Positions 10,687-23,340 of a stretch of 44,569 nucleotides of DNA are shown in pieces. The notes beneath the pieces are model-generated. The model searched no databases. It was given only the letters and a program-made list of their open reading frames with translations, and was not told where the DNA came from. This DNA is from Octopus bimaculoides (taxonomy: Eukaryota). Made by a program: the position numbers and the translations under genes. Each line of letters begins with the position of its first letter. Position 1 is the stretch's first letter. The DNA lies in contig NC_068984.1 of NCBI RefSeq assembly GCF_001194135.2, forward strand, positions 136,604,010 through 136,648,578, read 5' to 3'.

Positions 10687-11189
10687 AAATGCTTTCGCTC
10701 AGTTTCCATCTATGCACAAAGCATTATTTGGCCCCGAGGTATAGTAGAAAACAAAGACACAAATTTGATGGCATTCACCATAGATTGAACTCGTACCGCT
10801 GACACGACTTCCCGAGAAGCTTACTCCTGCTTCTATGTCGCCGACCACAAAGCATGAAAGTGTGAGAAACAATCAATACACATCACAGCACTTTGATGCT
10901 ATTACTCTGTAGAATACTACCAAATACTTCTTCCATTATATCACTACATTGTCACAATTCTATAATCAATATGGAAGGTGCCCCGCTATTGCGAAAAACA
11001 AAACCACAATAATTTCAAAACCATATTGAGAAAAAAGAAAACAACAAATTTTTTTGAAACAAGCAAAATAATTTCACTTGATCGAAGTGGAAATTATTGA
11101 TCTATAGAATGTCAAAATAACATACAGAATAGGAATAATGATTTGTAACATAGATACTAGAGAAGAAATGTCTGGAAAAACAGCTATAG

Positions 11190-11330
11190 TCGATTAAATC
11201 AAGCTCACTATTTCAGAGGTACGCATTTTATAGATTCCGAAGAAATGAAAATTAGAGTCTACCTTGACGGCATTTGAACTCACGACGTAAAAGGATGTGA
11301 CTCAATACAAAATAGCTTGTCTACCAAAGT
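11190..11330 (-). mobile_element. Degenerate SINE-A fragment
   Basis: ...GAGTCTACCTTGACGGCATTTGAACTCACGACGTAAAA resembles GTCGACCTCGGCGGAATTTGAACTCAGAACGTAAAG. Confidence 0.6.
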
Positions 11331-11485
11331 ATTAAACACGACATTATTTGAACTCACACCATTAGAAATGATAAGCAAAATACCACGGTTTCTGCCTCTA
11401 GCGCTAAGTGGTTCTTTGGACAAATGTCTTAAACTATAGCTTCGGAGCTCAAAAGCCTAGAAAGGTAATTCAGTAGAAGATGCCA

Positions 11486-11522
<37 letters not shown>

Positions 11523-11529
11523 GTGTGCA

Positions 11530-11735
11530 TTTGTGTGTCTTTGTTTTCCCCCCACCATCGCTAGAGGGCCGGTGTTGGTGCATCTATGTCCCCGAAAACC
11601 GATAGAAGAGGCAAAAGGGAGGGACAGAATAAGTACTAGGCTTACAAAGAATAAGTCTTGGGGTCGATTTGTTCGGCCCCAAGACTTATTCCAGCATGGC
11701 CGCAGTCAAAATGACTGAAACATGTAAAAAGGTAT
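11530..11735 (+). mobile_element. SINE family B, 3' half
   Basis: AGAATAAGTACTAGGCTTACAAAGAATAAGTC...CAGCATGGCCGCAGTCAAAATGACTGAAAC matches 36636-36730. Confidence 0.85.
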
Positions 11736-12406
11736 AACGAAGACGAAAGGAGCCAAAAAAGCGAACAGTTGAGCCGTTGAGCTTTCTTGTTGCTAGAAAT
11801 AGCTGCCAAATCTTATTACAGCTTCAAAAACAGACGTACACCGTCACTGGGTAATATAAATGTTGTATATTCAGAAAATGAGATGAACACGACTGGTTCC
11901 TCTTTGATCATAGATCTGTTAAATCATGTTTGAGATGGGACTAAACATCAAAAATTTAAAATCATAATATGTTCGCTGAAGAAAAATTGCAGCTCTTACC
12001 GCATATGGTAATATTATACGTTGTCGTGTTTTATTTAAATGTGTTAGCGGTTCTGCTGGCTCTTGTATTATTGGTGATATTCTTGCAATCTGTTTTAATC
12101 AATAGTTGGAACTGCCCTAACAGGAAGCAATTTCAAATAAATTTTGTACAAAGAAGGCGGTGGCGTAATGGTTTAGTACTAAACTATAATTATCATATCT
12201 CATCAGAATATTTTAAGAAGAATAAACACGGAGACCAAACTATGGTGTCGTTAGACTAACGTGATGTTGTCGTTTGTCTTCAAATTAGTGTGGTTACCTG
12301 GGAAATGTTTGATTTATCAATAGCTGGTTCATCGATTGAATAAAATCATTGACGAACAGATAAGTAATTCGATACATATGGATAGAAAGAGTAAGTGAAT
12401 GATGAT

Positions 12407-12414
<8 letters not shown>

Positions 12415-12486
<72 letters not shown>

Positions 12487-12537
12487 CGGATGACTAGATA
12501 GATGAACAGGGATCAATAAAATGAGAGATAGATTGAC

Positions 12538-12581
<44 letters not shown>

Positions 12582-12660
12582 GGATGGATGGATAGATGGA
12601 TAGATGAATAGATAGAAAGATAGATAGACAGAAGGAAAGAAAGAAAGAAAGAAAGAAGAC
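12415..12660. repeat. (GATA)n/(GGAT)n/(GAAA)n tetranucleotide array
   Basis: Direct. Confidence 0.95.
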
Positions 12661-12908
12661 GTGATGCTAACTAGGTAACAATGTTAGTAATCACCCTTGT
12701 GCAGTTATATATATATATATATATATATTATGTATCGACTCATATGCGTATGCATACTTAAACACATACAGATGCATTTGAACGCATAATTACAAGCATA
12801 CATGTAGTGTATGCCTCTACTGTTACACTCAGGCACATATAAATATACACTCGTATATACACATGCGCATGCGCGCACGCTCACACACAAACACATATAA
12901 TATAAATA

Positions 12909-12949
<41 letters not shown>

Positions 12950-12952
<3 letters not shown>

Positions 12953-13455
12953 GGATAAGAAGCTTGCTTCCCAACCACAAGATTCCGGCTTCAGTCCCAC
13001 TGCGTGGCACCGTGGGCAAGTGTCTTCTACTATAGCCTTGGACCGTCCAGTCTTGTGAGTAGATATTTGGTAGACGGATGTATATATGTGTGTGTGTATG
13101 TGTGTGTGTTTGTGTTTGTGTTTGACCCCCACCATCGCTTGACAACTGATGTTGGTATGTTTACGTTCCATTAACTTAGCGGTTCGACAAAATCGACAGA
13201 TAGAATAATAAGTACTGTAATGTTATACGTTGCCGTGTTTTGTTTAAATTTTTATTGATTCTGTTGGCTCTTGTATTATTGGTGATATTCTTGGAATCTG
13301 TTTTAATCAATTGCTGGTTTGACAAAATAGCGGTTCTGCAAAAGAGACAGATAGAATAAGTACTAGGCTTATAAAGAATAAGTTCTGGGGTTGATTTGTT
13401 CGACTAAAGGTGGTGCTCCAGCATTGACTGAGACAAGTAAAAAGAATAAAAGAAT
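12950..13455 (+). mobile_element. SINE family B copy with internal (TG)n and a ~100-bp foreign insertion
   Basis: Colinear with 36308-36757 apart from the insertion at 13217-13317 and a duplicated ~40-nt SINE segment on either side of it. Confidence 0.85.
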
Positions 13456-14096
13456 ATAATCTTTTATTTCTATTCGAAATTGAACCCTCTCTCGGACTCT
13501 CTGCCGAGTTTCCATTTTCTTATTGCAGGGCGATATTCCGTTCTAAACAAATGGATTCAAATTATCTCAAGTTTTCATCCAATCATCATTGATCAGTTCA
13601 GTTCGGTTGCTGTTGCTGTGTAGTGAGCTATGTATAGTAAATGTTGTTTGCGCAACGCGTAAAATTCTACCGTATTGGAGTAACCAATTTGCTTCTGGTT
13701 AGTTGGAAAGCTAAGGGGGAAAATAATGTCTCCATGGGATCCACATGAAATTCGACATGAGCAAGTTGTGTGCTTGTATATCGTAGTAACGCTCTGAAAT
13801 AAATTCAGTTGTCTAGACATCCGAATTATAGCAATAAAAATCTAGTAATTTATGCCCTCACTCCCCACTAATAGCAATTATCAAGATAAATTTAGAAAAG
13901 TTTTGACTGAAAGTTTTAGAGAATCTCATTTAAAAATCGCTGTCAGCTCTGTTATAAAGACTGTAAAGCTCCGAGGTTTTATTTGAAATTTGAATAACGT
14001 CGGATAGAACGCTTCGTAGTATTTGTTCTGATTCCTGCACTCTAAGTTCGAATTCCGACATGGTTATCTTTTTTCCTTTCATTTTTTTCTTTGATA

Positions 14097-14218
14097 GACA
14101 TGCATCAATTTTGCCGAGTCCCAGAAGGCAGCAGAAGACCGAAGAAGTGGAGAAAACTGGTGGGACGTCATCAGCGAATGCCCCAACGACCCCACGATCA
14201 AGGGATAGGATAAGAAAG
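14097..14218 (+). mobile_element. RTE-clade LINE extreme 3' fragment
   Basis: With frameshifts it reads INFAESQKAAEDR/KKWRKLV/..SSANAP..PRSRDR, matching the recalled RTE ORF end FAKSQRAVENREKWRKLVVKSSVVPQRPPRLRDR*. Confidence 0.75.
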
Positions 14219-14572
14219 ATTTCATTTTTTACGAGGACGATAAAAAATGCTAATTCAAAGCGGAGGATTGATGTAAGTTTAAGAACATTGATCCGGATAC
14301 CTTGCGGTATCTGTTCCGGCTCTTTGTGTTCTGAGCTCAAATTCCGCTATGCTCTGATTAGGGGGTAGATTTACTTCGCCGTCTGGCTCCTTACTACCCC
14401 CTGATAACCTCAAGTGCCTACAGCGGAGTCCGTTTTGTTGCTAACCTTCAAGTCAGTTCTCTTTCCACCTATCTCTAACATCCTGTAAGGGATCATGGGT
14501 CTTACATTTTCTCCTTACCAGCAAATTAAAAACGTTTCCTCTACAAATCTAATAAATAACTGATCGCACTAC

Positions 14573-14643
<71 letters not shown>

Positions 14644-14654
14644 CATACGTGTGT

Positions 14655-14687
<33 letters not shown>

Positions 14688-14944
14688 ATCATTCAGTTTT
14701 ATTTCAAGATTTCTTGTCAATAAAGGAAGAGCCGGTTTCTAACCTAGATTCAAGGCTCCTACATTGGAATTTCAACATCAACAACAAGGTATTTTTGTTT
14801 GTATGTATGTATGTATGTATGTATGTATATATCCATGTATGTATATATGTATGTATGCAGGTTTGTATCTATTCTCATGGATATATTTGCATATTTAGAC
14901 AAGCTCATGTGTACTTAAATGATAAACTTCTGGTATGCACATCT

Positions 14945-15140
14945 ATGTGGGTGTGTCTTTGTTTGTCCTCCACTGCTTAACAACCGGTAGATGTGTGTTT
15001 ACGTCCCCGTTCAGTAAAAGAGACCGATCGAATAAGTACAAAGCTTAATGTAAAAACATAAGTAATACAATCAATTCTTTCAGCTAAAATTCTTCAAAGC
15101 GATGCTACAGCATGGGCGCTCTCAGATGACTGAGACACGG
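14945..15140 (+). mobile_element. SINE family B, 3' half, degenerate
   Basis: TGTGTTTACGTCCCCGT...AAAAGAGACCGATCGAATAAGTAC...CAGCATGGGCGC...TGACTGAGAC. Confidence 0.75.
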
Positions 15141-15888
15141 ACGAGATGTAACTCATTACGACCTGAGACGTGAATCTGAGCAGCAAAAATTAGTAATAAT
15201 GTTCTATTTAAATACGATACAAAATAAATTCCTTATTTATCGAAACTATTTCCGGTATGAGAGAAGGTAAAACAATCCAATTGACAAGAATCAGGAATTC
15301 CTTAATGGCATGACGATTTTGGAAAATTCTTAAATCTTGACATTAATTCCCCTTCTCTAGAAGTGGAGACAGTTTTAATACATCGAGAATTTACCTTGAG
15401 TGCTATTCAATACATCGGTATTCATCCGATGTGTATATGTGTGTGCGCGTGTATGTTCATATGTATACGCATCTCTTTGTATGTGTGCTGTGTATATATG
15501 TGAGCATATATATTTATATGTATAAATGCATATACATGTATATACATATATATATATATATATANNNNNNNNNNNNNNNNNNNNNNNNNNNNNNNNNNNN
15601 NNNNNNNNNNNNNNNNNNNNNNNNNNNNNNNNNNNNNNNNNNNNNNNNNNNNNNNNNNNNNNNNNNNNNNNNNNNNNNNNNNNNNNNNNNNNNNNNNNNN
15701 NNNNNNNNNNNNNNNNNNNNNNNNNNNNNNNNNNNNNNNNNNNNNNNNNNNNNNNNNNNNNNNNNNNNNNNNNNNNNNNNNNNNNNNNNNNNNNNNNNNN
15801 NNNNNNNNNNNNNNNNNNNNNNNNNNNNNNNNNNNNNNNNNNNNNNNNNNNNNNNNNNNNNNNNNNNNNNNNNNNNNNNNNNNNNNNN

Positions 15889-15931
<43 letters not shown>

Positions 15932-17009
15932 TTACAAATATGTGTGTGTCTGTGTTTGCGGGTGTTAGTCTGTGCGTATGTGTGTATGTATACATACACA
16001 CATACACTCATATATACATATGGACATATGTGTACGTGAGTGCGCGTACATGCGTGTGGTCTGTCTGTGTTCACCTAAATATGTATGTATATGTGTGTGT
16101 ATATGTGTGTGCATGTGTGTGTATGTGTGTGTGTGTGTATGAGCTTATAGTTTGTTACTTCCGGCAACAACCTATAGGAAGTTAATAAGTGACATTGGAT
16201 TTCTTGGCTTGAAACTACTAATTTGTTTCTGAGTAGACCATTTTACTGTTTATTGGTATTAAACTGATTAAGCTGATATTCTTACAGCTTTTGTTGTTGC
16301 TACTACTACTACTACTGCTACTGCTACTGCTGCTGCTCGTATTAATACTGCTATGTGCTGTGTATGGGAGAAGGAGTGATGGGTAGAGATACAGAAGAGG
16401 TGAGATGAACGTAATGAAGAACAGGGGTCAAGAGATATATACAAGGTAATGAAGATGGAGAAGAGGGAAGAGTAGGTGACAACTGTAGAAATATTAGTTA
16501 AGTTTGAGTGGTGGCTATGGATACATATGAGTTGGAGAAGGCTGGGAAAAGACGGTTATTGACGATGCAGAAAAAAGCCGAGTGACTAGCGGCAGAATAG
16601 CAATAAAAACAACAATAATATTAATGATAATATAATAGGCAAGGAAGAATGAGAAGATGAGAGGAAAAGAGAGAAATGTGTGATAGGGTTTGGATGTGTA
16701 GGTTTTAAGAGAGTGGAGGAAGTTTAGTGAATAGGGAAATGGAGGTACGTATGGTGGTGGAGAAGGTAATTTCGTGGCGCAGAAAGCTGGAGAGGTCAGT
16801 ATTAAGAACGTACAATTGATAACAAGTGAAATGGTTCAGGATAGTAAGAAGTGGTATCGAGAAAAAGTTGATGCAGCATTCAGATTTCATCACATTTAAT
16901 TGCAGCCGCTACATAAAGCAGTTAGAAAGATAGTGGTCGGAACGTCTTGAAGCGGACATTGAAGTAGGAGTACCCAATTGGGCTTTTATATATATAATAT
17001 ATATACATA

Positions 17010-17017
17010 CAGAAAGA

Positions 17018-17077
<60 letters not shown>
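17010..17077. repeat. (GA)n microsatellite
   Basis: Direct. Confidence 0.95.
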
Positions 17078-17079
<2 letters not shown>

Positions 17080-17318
17080 TAATGATACAGATGAAGACGG
17101 TTAGTTTTGATATATATAAATATACATAAATATATTTTTTATGCGCCCTTTTAAAGCCTAGCCAGGATCATGGGCCCGGTTTACATATGTTACAAGGTTA
17201 ACATAGGTAATTTATACAGGTAATAATGATGGATATTCATATCCCTTAGACAGTTATATATATATACACATATACATTTATATATGCGTGTGTGTATGTA
17301 TGTATGTATGTATGTATG

Positions 17319-17482
17319 TAGGAGAATATACAAAAAATAACAACAGACGAGGACAGGTGGTGTAAATAACAAAAGTATATATTAGTATGACGCTCGGGAA
17401 TACGGAAAGTCTTTGACGTTTCGAGCTACGCTCTTCAACAGAAAGAATACGGAGACAAGGAGAAAAACACGGAGAAAAAAAA
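17319..17482 (-). mobile_element. Short element family Y, second copy
   Basis: Reverse complement aligns to 10441-10606 and abuts (TATG)n. Confidence 0.8.
17410..17446 (-). ncRNA. Minimal type-I hammerhead-like motif, A6U core variant
   Basis: Minus strand: TCTTT-CTGTTGA-A-GAGC gta GCTC-GAAAC-GTC-AAAGA. 5-bp helix I, 4-bp helix II, palindromic ACGU helix III, GUC cleavage triplet. Confidence 0.6.
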
Positions 17483-17579
17483 ATTGAATAGTGTTCAGTC
17501 AACGGTCAATCATAATAATGTATGTATGTATGTATGAATGTATATCTGTGTGTGTGTGTGAGAGAGCGAGAGAGAGAGA

Positions 17580-17795
17580 GTCTTTGTGTCTGTGTTTGTA
17601 CTATGTTACCACATTCAAGAGGCGTTGGTTTATTTACGTCCCCGTAACTTAGCGGTTGAGCAGAATAGACCGACAGAGTAAGTTACAGACTTAAAATGTA
17701 CGTACTGGAGTCGATTTGCTTGACTAAAGCTTTTCAAGATGCCCCAGCATGGTCACAATCGAATGTCTGAAACAAGGGAAGATAAAAGATGAAAG
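17580..17795 (+). mobile_element. SINE family B, 3' half
   Basis: TTTACGTCCCCGTAACTTAGCGGTT...CCAGCATGGTCACAATCGAATGTCTGAAACAAG. Confidence 0.8.
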
Positions 17796-17964
17796 TAATT
17801 CGTGGGTGCCAAAAGCCTTTTGATTTGCTAGTTTTCCAAAGACCATAAACAGAGCTACACACAACCTGGCTTCATCGTGGGCCTCCGTTCTGAAGTTAAA
17901 TACGAAAAAAAAAAAAACGTAAATTATCGTAGAAATATATTTTAAAGAAACTTTCTGTTTGTGA

Positions 17965-18172
17965 TGTTATCTTGTCGGTTGCGACGACGAAGGTCCCAGC
18001 TGATATGATCAACGGAACAGCTTGCTCGTGAAATTAACGTGCAAGTGGCTGAGCACTCCACAGACACGTGTACCTTTAACGTAGTTCTGGGGGAGATTCA
18101 GCGTGACACAGAGTGTGACAAGGCTGGCCCTTTGTAATACAGGTACTACTCATTTTTGCCAGCTGACTGGAC
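17965..18172 (-). mobile_element. SINE family C, 3' fragment
   Basis: Shares TGCTCGTGAAATTAACGTGCAAGTGGCTGAGCACTCCACAGACACGTGTACC with 19523-19574. Confidence 0.88.
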
Positions 18173-18191
18173 TTAATGCTACAGGTACCTA

Positions 18192-18840
18192 GTTATGGAT
18201 GAAAATCATGATGGGAATTCTATCAAAGAAGGCGTACCCAAGTATTAATAAACGGATAAAAATATATGGTTCTCACAGCTCTGTATATACAGTAAAATCG
18301 GTGGTCCGTAATGTGGTAGGTTTTCTAGTATTCATGTCAAAACTTGGGAGGTTACATAAGAAGCGGGCCATTGATGTTAAAACCTGATAGCTATTAAGCA
18401 CCACCAGAAATGTTCACATCAATAGTGATATTGGTCTTCTACACTTAACATGCAAGTATAGAGGTAGGAATTCAATATCGATTCAAACAGCATTTGAATG
18501 TCAGATCATATCCCTTCGATAACATTGATTAATGATCAAGCGTTGAAATACATCCATGGATCAATCTTCCTTATGTAAGGCAAACGGCATCATGAAAGTC
18601 TGAAAGGAGCTCCTAGGGAATTAATCCCTGGTTGATGATCAGAATACACACTCAGGGAAGTTACAGAATGGTAGGGGAAAGGCTTCCTGTTTATCAACAG
18701 AATGTCATGCATAGCTGTGCTTCCAAATATCTTCGAAGTGACATTAAGATAGATGATCAAAGACGTCTATCTAGAATCAATGATCGGTATTTTAACGCTT
18801 ACTTTGAAGAGGATCCTTTCCTAATCCAGTAACATGTAAA
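18192..18840 (+). mobile_element. Highly degraded non-LTR retrotransposon ORF fragment, post-RT region, R4/Dong-like
   Basis: Stop/frameshift-ridden translation DVKT**LLSTTRNVHINSDIGLLHLTCKYRGRNSISIQTAFECQIISLR resembles DRKTRKLLT...LHPKSDVDRLYLPRKEGGRGL. Downstream MHSC...AYFEEDPFLIQ resembles LHG...FEGYxxAIQ. Family assignment is from recall. Confidence 0.6.
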
Positions 18841-19455
18841 GTAACTAGATGTCACAACTGATCCAGTTTCTGTGGCATTAACGTAGATGTAAACCGTGTC
18901 ATATGCTACTGCTCGAAAATGTCATCAAATTACTGTCCACCTATACGGCACAGTGTCATAGCCAAAACAATACGCAATGCAATACGTAGAAAGTTTTGAT
19001 AAGAACAATACGAAAAAAGTTAGTGACATCGAGACCTTAGTCACTCAAATTATAAAATAATACAGGCAGAATGTTCCTGGCAAAATCTCTTTTAAAATGT
19101 AGGCATAATTGACCAGATGTAATGATCTAGAATAGGGAAAAGAAAATTTGCACAGCAGGAGAAATTTGTGTCTGTACAGCAGACGTTAATGTAAGGTAAA
19201 AGATAGATGAGAAAGAAAATATCTATGAGAAATTTGCAGATACACGACTGAGGCTGAAACTTTAAAGTTACGTGTATCATTTTGAGAGGAGATGATTGCA
19301 CAACATCTTCAACTCCGTTCATGAGAAGATGCGTTTCAAAAAACTAGAAGAGACACTTCTAAGAAATGACAAGTACAAGACATTAACGCAACTGTGAATA
19401 TATACAAAAATTATCCCAAATGTTTAACCTATCATCGATACGTATACACATGTAT

Positions 19456-19842
19456 GTTGTTGTTGGCACTCCGTCGCTTACGACGTCGAGGGTTCCAGTT
19501 GATCCGATCAAGAGAACAGCCTGCTCGTGAAATTAACGTGCAAGTGGCTGAGCACTCCACAGACACGTGTACCCTTAACGTAGTTCTCGGGGGATATTCA
19601 GCGTGACACAGTGTGACAAGGCTGACCCTTTGAATTACAGGCACAACAGAAGCAGGAAGTAAGAGTGAGAGAAAGTTATGGTGGAAGAGTACAGCAGGGT
19701 TCGCCACAATCCCCTGACGGAGCCTCGTGGAGCTTTAGGTGTTTTCGCTCAATAAACACTCACAACGCCCGGTCTGGGAATCGGAACTACGATCCTATGA
19801 CCGCGAGTCCGCTGCCCTAAGCACTGGGCCATTGCGCCTCCA
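19456..19842 (-). mobile_element. Full-length tRNA-derived SINE family C with (CAA)n tail
   Basis: Minus-strand head GGAGGCGCAATGGCCCAGTGCTTAGGGCAGCGG...GTTCCGATTCC and CAACAACAAC tail. Near-TSD ACACATGTAT (19446-19455) and ACACATGAAT (19844-19853). Confidence 0.9.
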
Positions 19843-20677
19843 CACACATGAATGGACAGACAACTATACAGGTGCATATGTATAAATCGAAACATACCGA
19901 TTTGCACATATAATGACATGCAAGCTAACTGATATATGTGTATGCAAATGCATGCCTGTATACAACACCTCATGCTATTTAATAACTGTGTACGCTCAGA
20001 TCCTGAGGCCTCTGTCAGTTAAGGTCCACCATGTTTCTGCATCTGTATGCGCAAACCTGGGCAAGGCTTATCCGGAGCAAAATTAGCAGCTACCCATGCA
20101 TGCAAATCAATTCCCTCTACATCACAGATATTGTCCATGGAAAAAGCTGCCAACTTATGGCAACAGCACTTTGGCACCAGAGTCGTCGCAGGCTTTGCCG
20201 TCTGGGCTCAAAAAGCCAGAACGGTTCCCTCAAATATATCGTCCAACGCTCAAACAATTATCCTAACTCAGTGCCCTGAATTGTTATCTTAATGTTATCA
20301 CTATTGCAAGTGGACGAGATACAGCTGACCTAGAGAGGGTTTGAACATAATACTGGATTAAAAATCGTTTGGATAGAAAAAGACGAAGGCTACCCGTGGG
20401 ACACGAAACCACATCTCTTGCAAACATGACAAGTGCTCTACACTATTATTTATATAGCTTTCTTTGCTTCGAGATATACCGTTCGAAAACTGAATTAATT
20501 CACATTCTTTCAGTTTATAATGCGTGGCTATCTGTCAAAGGCTATAACCACATTGCCAATACATTGCTTCAGTTCAACCAGATACAGTTAGAAACAAAAT
20601 GTTTCAAACAACAAAAAATTTACAGCTACAATATATATTACCGCAACTAAGAAAATCATCACTAATTAATCTATTAA

Positions 20678-20835
20678 GAATTAAGTTAAAAGGAAATGGA
20701 TAAAATTATAATGAAAATATTAATCGTTTTCGTTCCAGTTGTGGCTCTAATATGTGTGTGTATCTGTCTGTCTATGTGTGTATACACACACATCACACAT
20801 AGAGTTAGAAGGGTAAATAAACACAATTAGGATTC

Positions 20836-20868
<33 letters not shown>

Positions 20869-21054
20869 NNNNNNNNNNGAATTAAGTTAAAAGGAAATGG
20901 ATAAAATTATAATGAAAATATTAATCGTTTTCGTTCCAGTTGTGGCTCTAATATGTGTGTGTATCTGTCTGTCTATGTGTGTATACACACACATCACACA
21001 TAGAGTTAGAAGGGTAAATAAACACAATTAGGATTCATATATATATATATATAT
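20678..21054. other. Exact ~175-bp direct duplication across a 10-N gap, probably an assembly overlap artefact
   Basis: 20678-20868 and 20879-21054 are identical apart from the TA tract length. Confidence 0.85.
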
Positions 21055-22014
21055 GGAGCACAGAAAGCATTGAATAAAGATAATATATTCTTTTATGATT
21101 TTCAGCACAAATGTTGTGACCATGTAGGGGTACCGCCAGTGTCATCCTCTTTTCAATGGCCATACTTTTGTTATTGTCTTTTGATGAAGGAAGGCTGCCC
21201 ACTTTTGAAATTTTTACCGGGGGTGTAGATGATTTATATATAAAGAAAATATGCAAGGTCTTAATCTCCACGTCTGTTTCTGGAAGTCAATAGTTACATA
21301 ATCTTAATTTACAGGTGGTTTTGAAAAAGTCGCAGTTATATAGCCAATGACCAGTTAGATAAAGTTACTACATCCCTCGACTCCTCAAATTTTACTGCTC
21401 AAAGGGTTTTTAACCCAATATTTACGCGGTATTAATTCATGGTATTATCTACTTCGAGTTCAACATTGAATAAACGAATTATTTCACGTTCTCTCGAAGT
21501 TATTAAATTCAAATTCTTATAAAATAAACAATGTTTATGTGTGTATGTGGGCGGAGGTGGATAATGGAATTACAACCTTGAAAAATTATTGCATAAGACA
21601 TATGAAGTATCAGTGTCTAAAAATGTTTGCTTCAATGCGCATCTGCATAATCTGCAAATTACAAAGAAAAACGAAACAAACTAAACGGATTATCAAATGT
21701 AAACGGCTTCTTATAAATGAATCGTCGGAATTAATACGGGATAAAAAATCTTGCTGTAAGCAAAACGCTACGCAGGAGCAATGATCGATGTTATAACGAC
21801 TTCATCACAAACCGTTACATACTAAAAGCTAGGTAGCCCTGAGTTTGGGGAAAAGCTACAACAGACGTGTTCTTTCATAGTCAACAACGATTCTTTCTTT
21901 AAAACATTGCCACCGAGCAGGCGGATTAGACAATGTATATTCTAAAACAACAAATAGGGAAAGAAACATTCATACAGGCATGCATGAAAGCATATGAAGT
22001 ATCAGACAGTGTTT

Positions 22015-22505
22015 CTCATGGCTTCTGATCTTAACTTATTAGAAGTGTTATCATGTATATGCTTTGTATTGGTGTAGAAGATGCGTTATTGCAAATATTT
22101 TGCTCAGTACTGCAGATTTGCATGTCAGTTGCTCGACCTTAACTAGTTGAGCATGTCCGTTAGTAGCTAACGATATGTGTACCCCTGATCACGAGCATGA
22201 GTAGGGGATTATCATAGCCATGTGTTGAGAGGAATTCTTAGGGGGTTTGAATAATTCACCTCTGGAAACCCTTATTCAGGGACCTTTTGAATGGGATGGA
22301 CTACCCTACCTGAAGAAAATTCTAACCGGGTCCCAACTGCAAGATCATGCGCTGTTTATCTTGATGTGAGGTCACTATGTCGCTCACATGTGGTTGAGAA
22401 GCATATGTTTAGTGTATCCTTATTAGAAGGGTAGTCAAATGGGTTATATTGGGCTTCATATATTTGTACCTCAGTGTAACTTTGATGGTATGCGCAGTCC
22501 TCTGA
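22015..22505 (+). mobile_element. Interspersed repeat family D, copy 1, non-LTR-like, orientation inferred
   Basis: 22188-22505 is colinear with 22948-23300 (e.g. AACCCTTATTCAGGGACCTTTTGA and TCATGCGCTGTTTATCTTGAT). Confidence 0.75.
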
Positions 22506-22947
22506 TACATACATGCATACATACATACATACATACATACAGGATTACTGTAACCAGATCTTGAGCAATGCCATCACTTGATTATTCTCTTAAACATGGC
22601 CATTACATTTGTGGCCTTTCAAACGAGCTGAGGACCTCACTCTTTCGCACAGATGTGGAAACGATGGTTGCCACTTGCAACAGTTGTTCAAGGACCTCAC
22701 TCTTTATGCTGATACATCCCTTCATTCTATCAAGGAATTTTTCATAGAGTTTTGGTTTCTTAGGCTACAGTCAGCCATAATATACAATACATAATAAAGA
22801 TGTTAAGAATCAAGCATGTCTGTCTTTTTAAGGTGAGAAAAAGCATTGGACTTGGCCAATCCCACTCTCTAAACAACTTATGCATTTGCCTACCGACTTG
22901 ATTGATCTTGTCTAAATTCCAATAAAAATATTTCATATTTGCATTCT

Positions 22948-23339
22948 TGATCACGAGCAGAAATAGTGGGCGAGCATCATAGCCATGCGTTGGGAGGAAT
23001 TCTTTGGAGGTAGAATAATTCAACTCTCGAAAGATGGCTGTTTTGTACATCATCCTTAAACAACCCTTATTCAGGGACCTTTTGAGCGGGATAGGCTACT
23101 AGACATGAAAAAAATTTTAACTGGGCCCCCACCTGCGAGGTCATGCGCTGTTTATCTTGATATGAGATCACCGTGTCGCGCACTTATGGTTGTGATGCAT
23201 GTTCCTCGTGTACACTTATCAAACGGGTAGTTAAGATGGGTATAATGGGCTTCGTATATTTTACCCCAGTGTCACTTTGATAGCATGCACTGCTCTCTCA
23301 CTCAATAATAATAATAATGATAATAATAATAATAATAAT
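22948..23339 (+). mobile_element. Interspersed repeat family D, copy 2, ending in (TAA)n
   Basis: Homology to copy 1 and a TAA tail at 23303-23339. Confidence 0.75.
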
Positions 23340-23340
23340 T

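Noticed and set aside
16330-16960. Purine-skewed stretch possibly from a LINE/PLE ORF on the minus strand
   Set aside because: I could not identify any RT, APE or GIY-YIG motif in translation.
20031-20292. Two overlapping ~80-aa ORFs in higher-GC sequence
   Set aside because: No recognisable motif or splice context; more likely an unclassified repeat remnant.
20678-21054. Recent tandem duplication
   Set aside because: Identical copies on either side of a 10-N gap are the typical signature of unmerged contig overlap.
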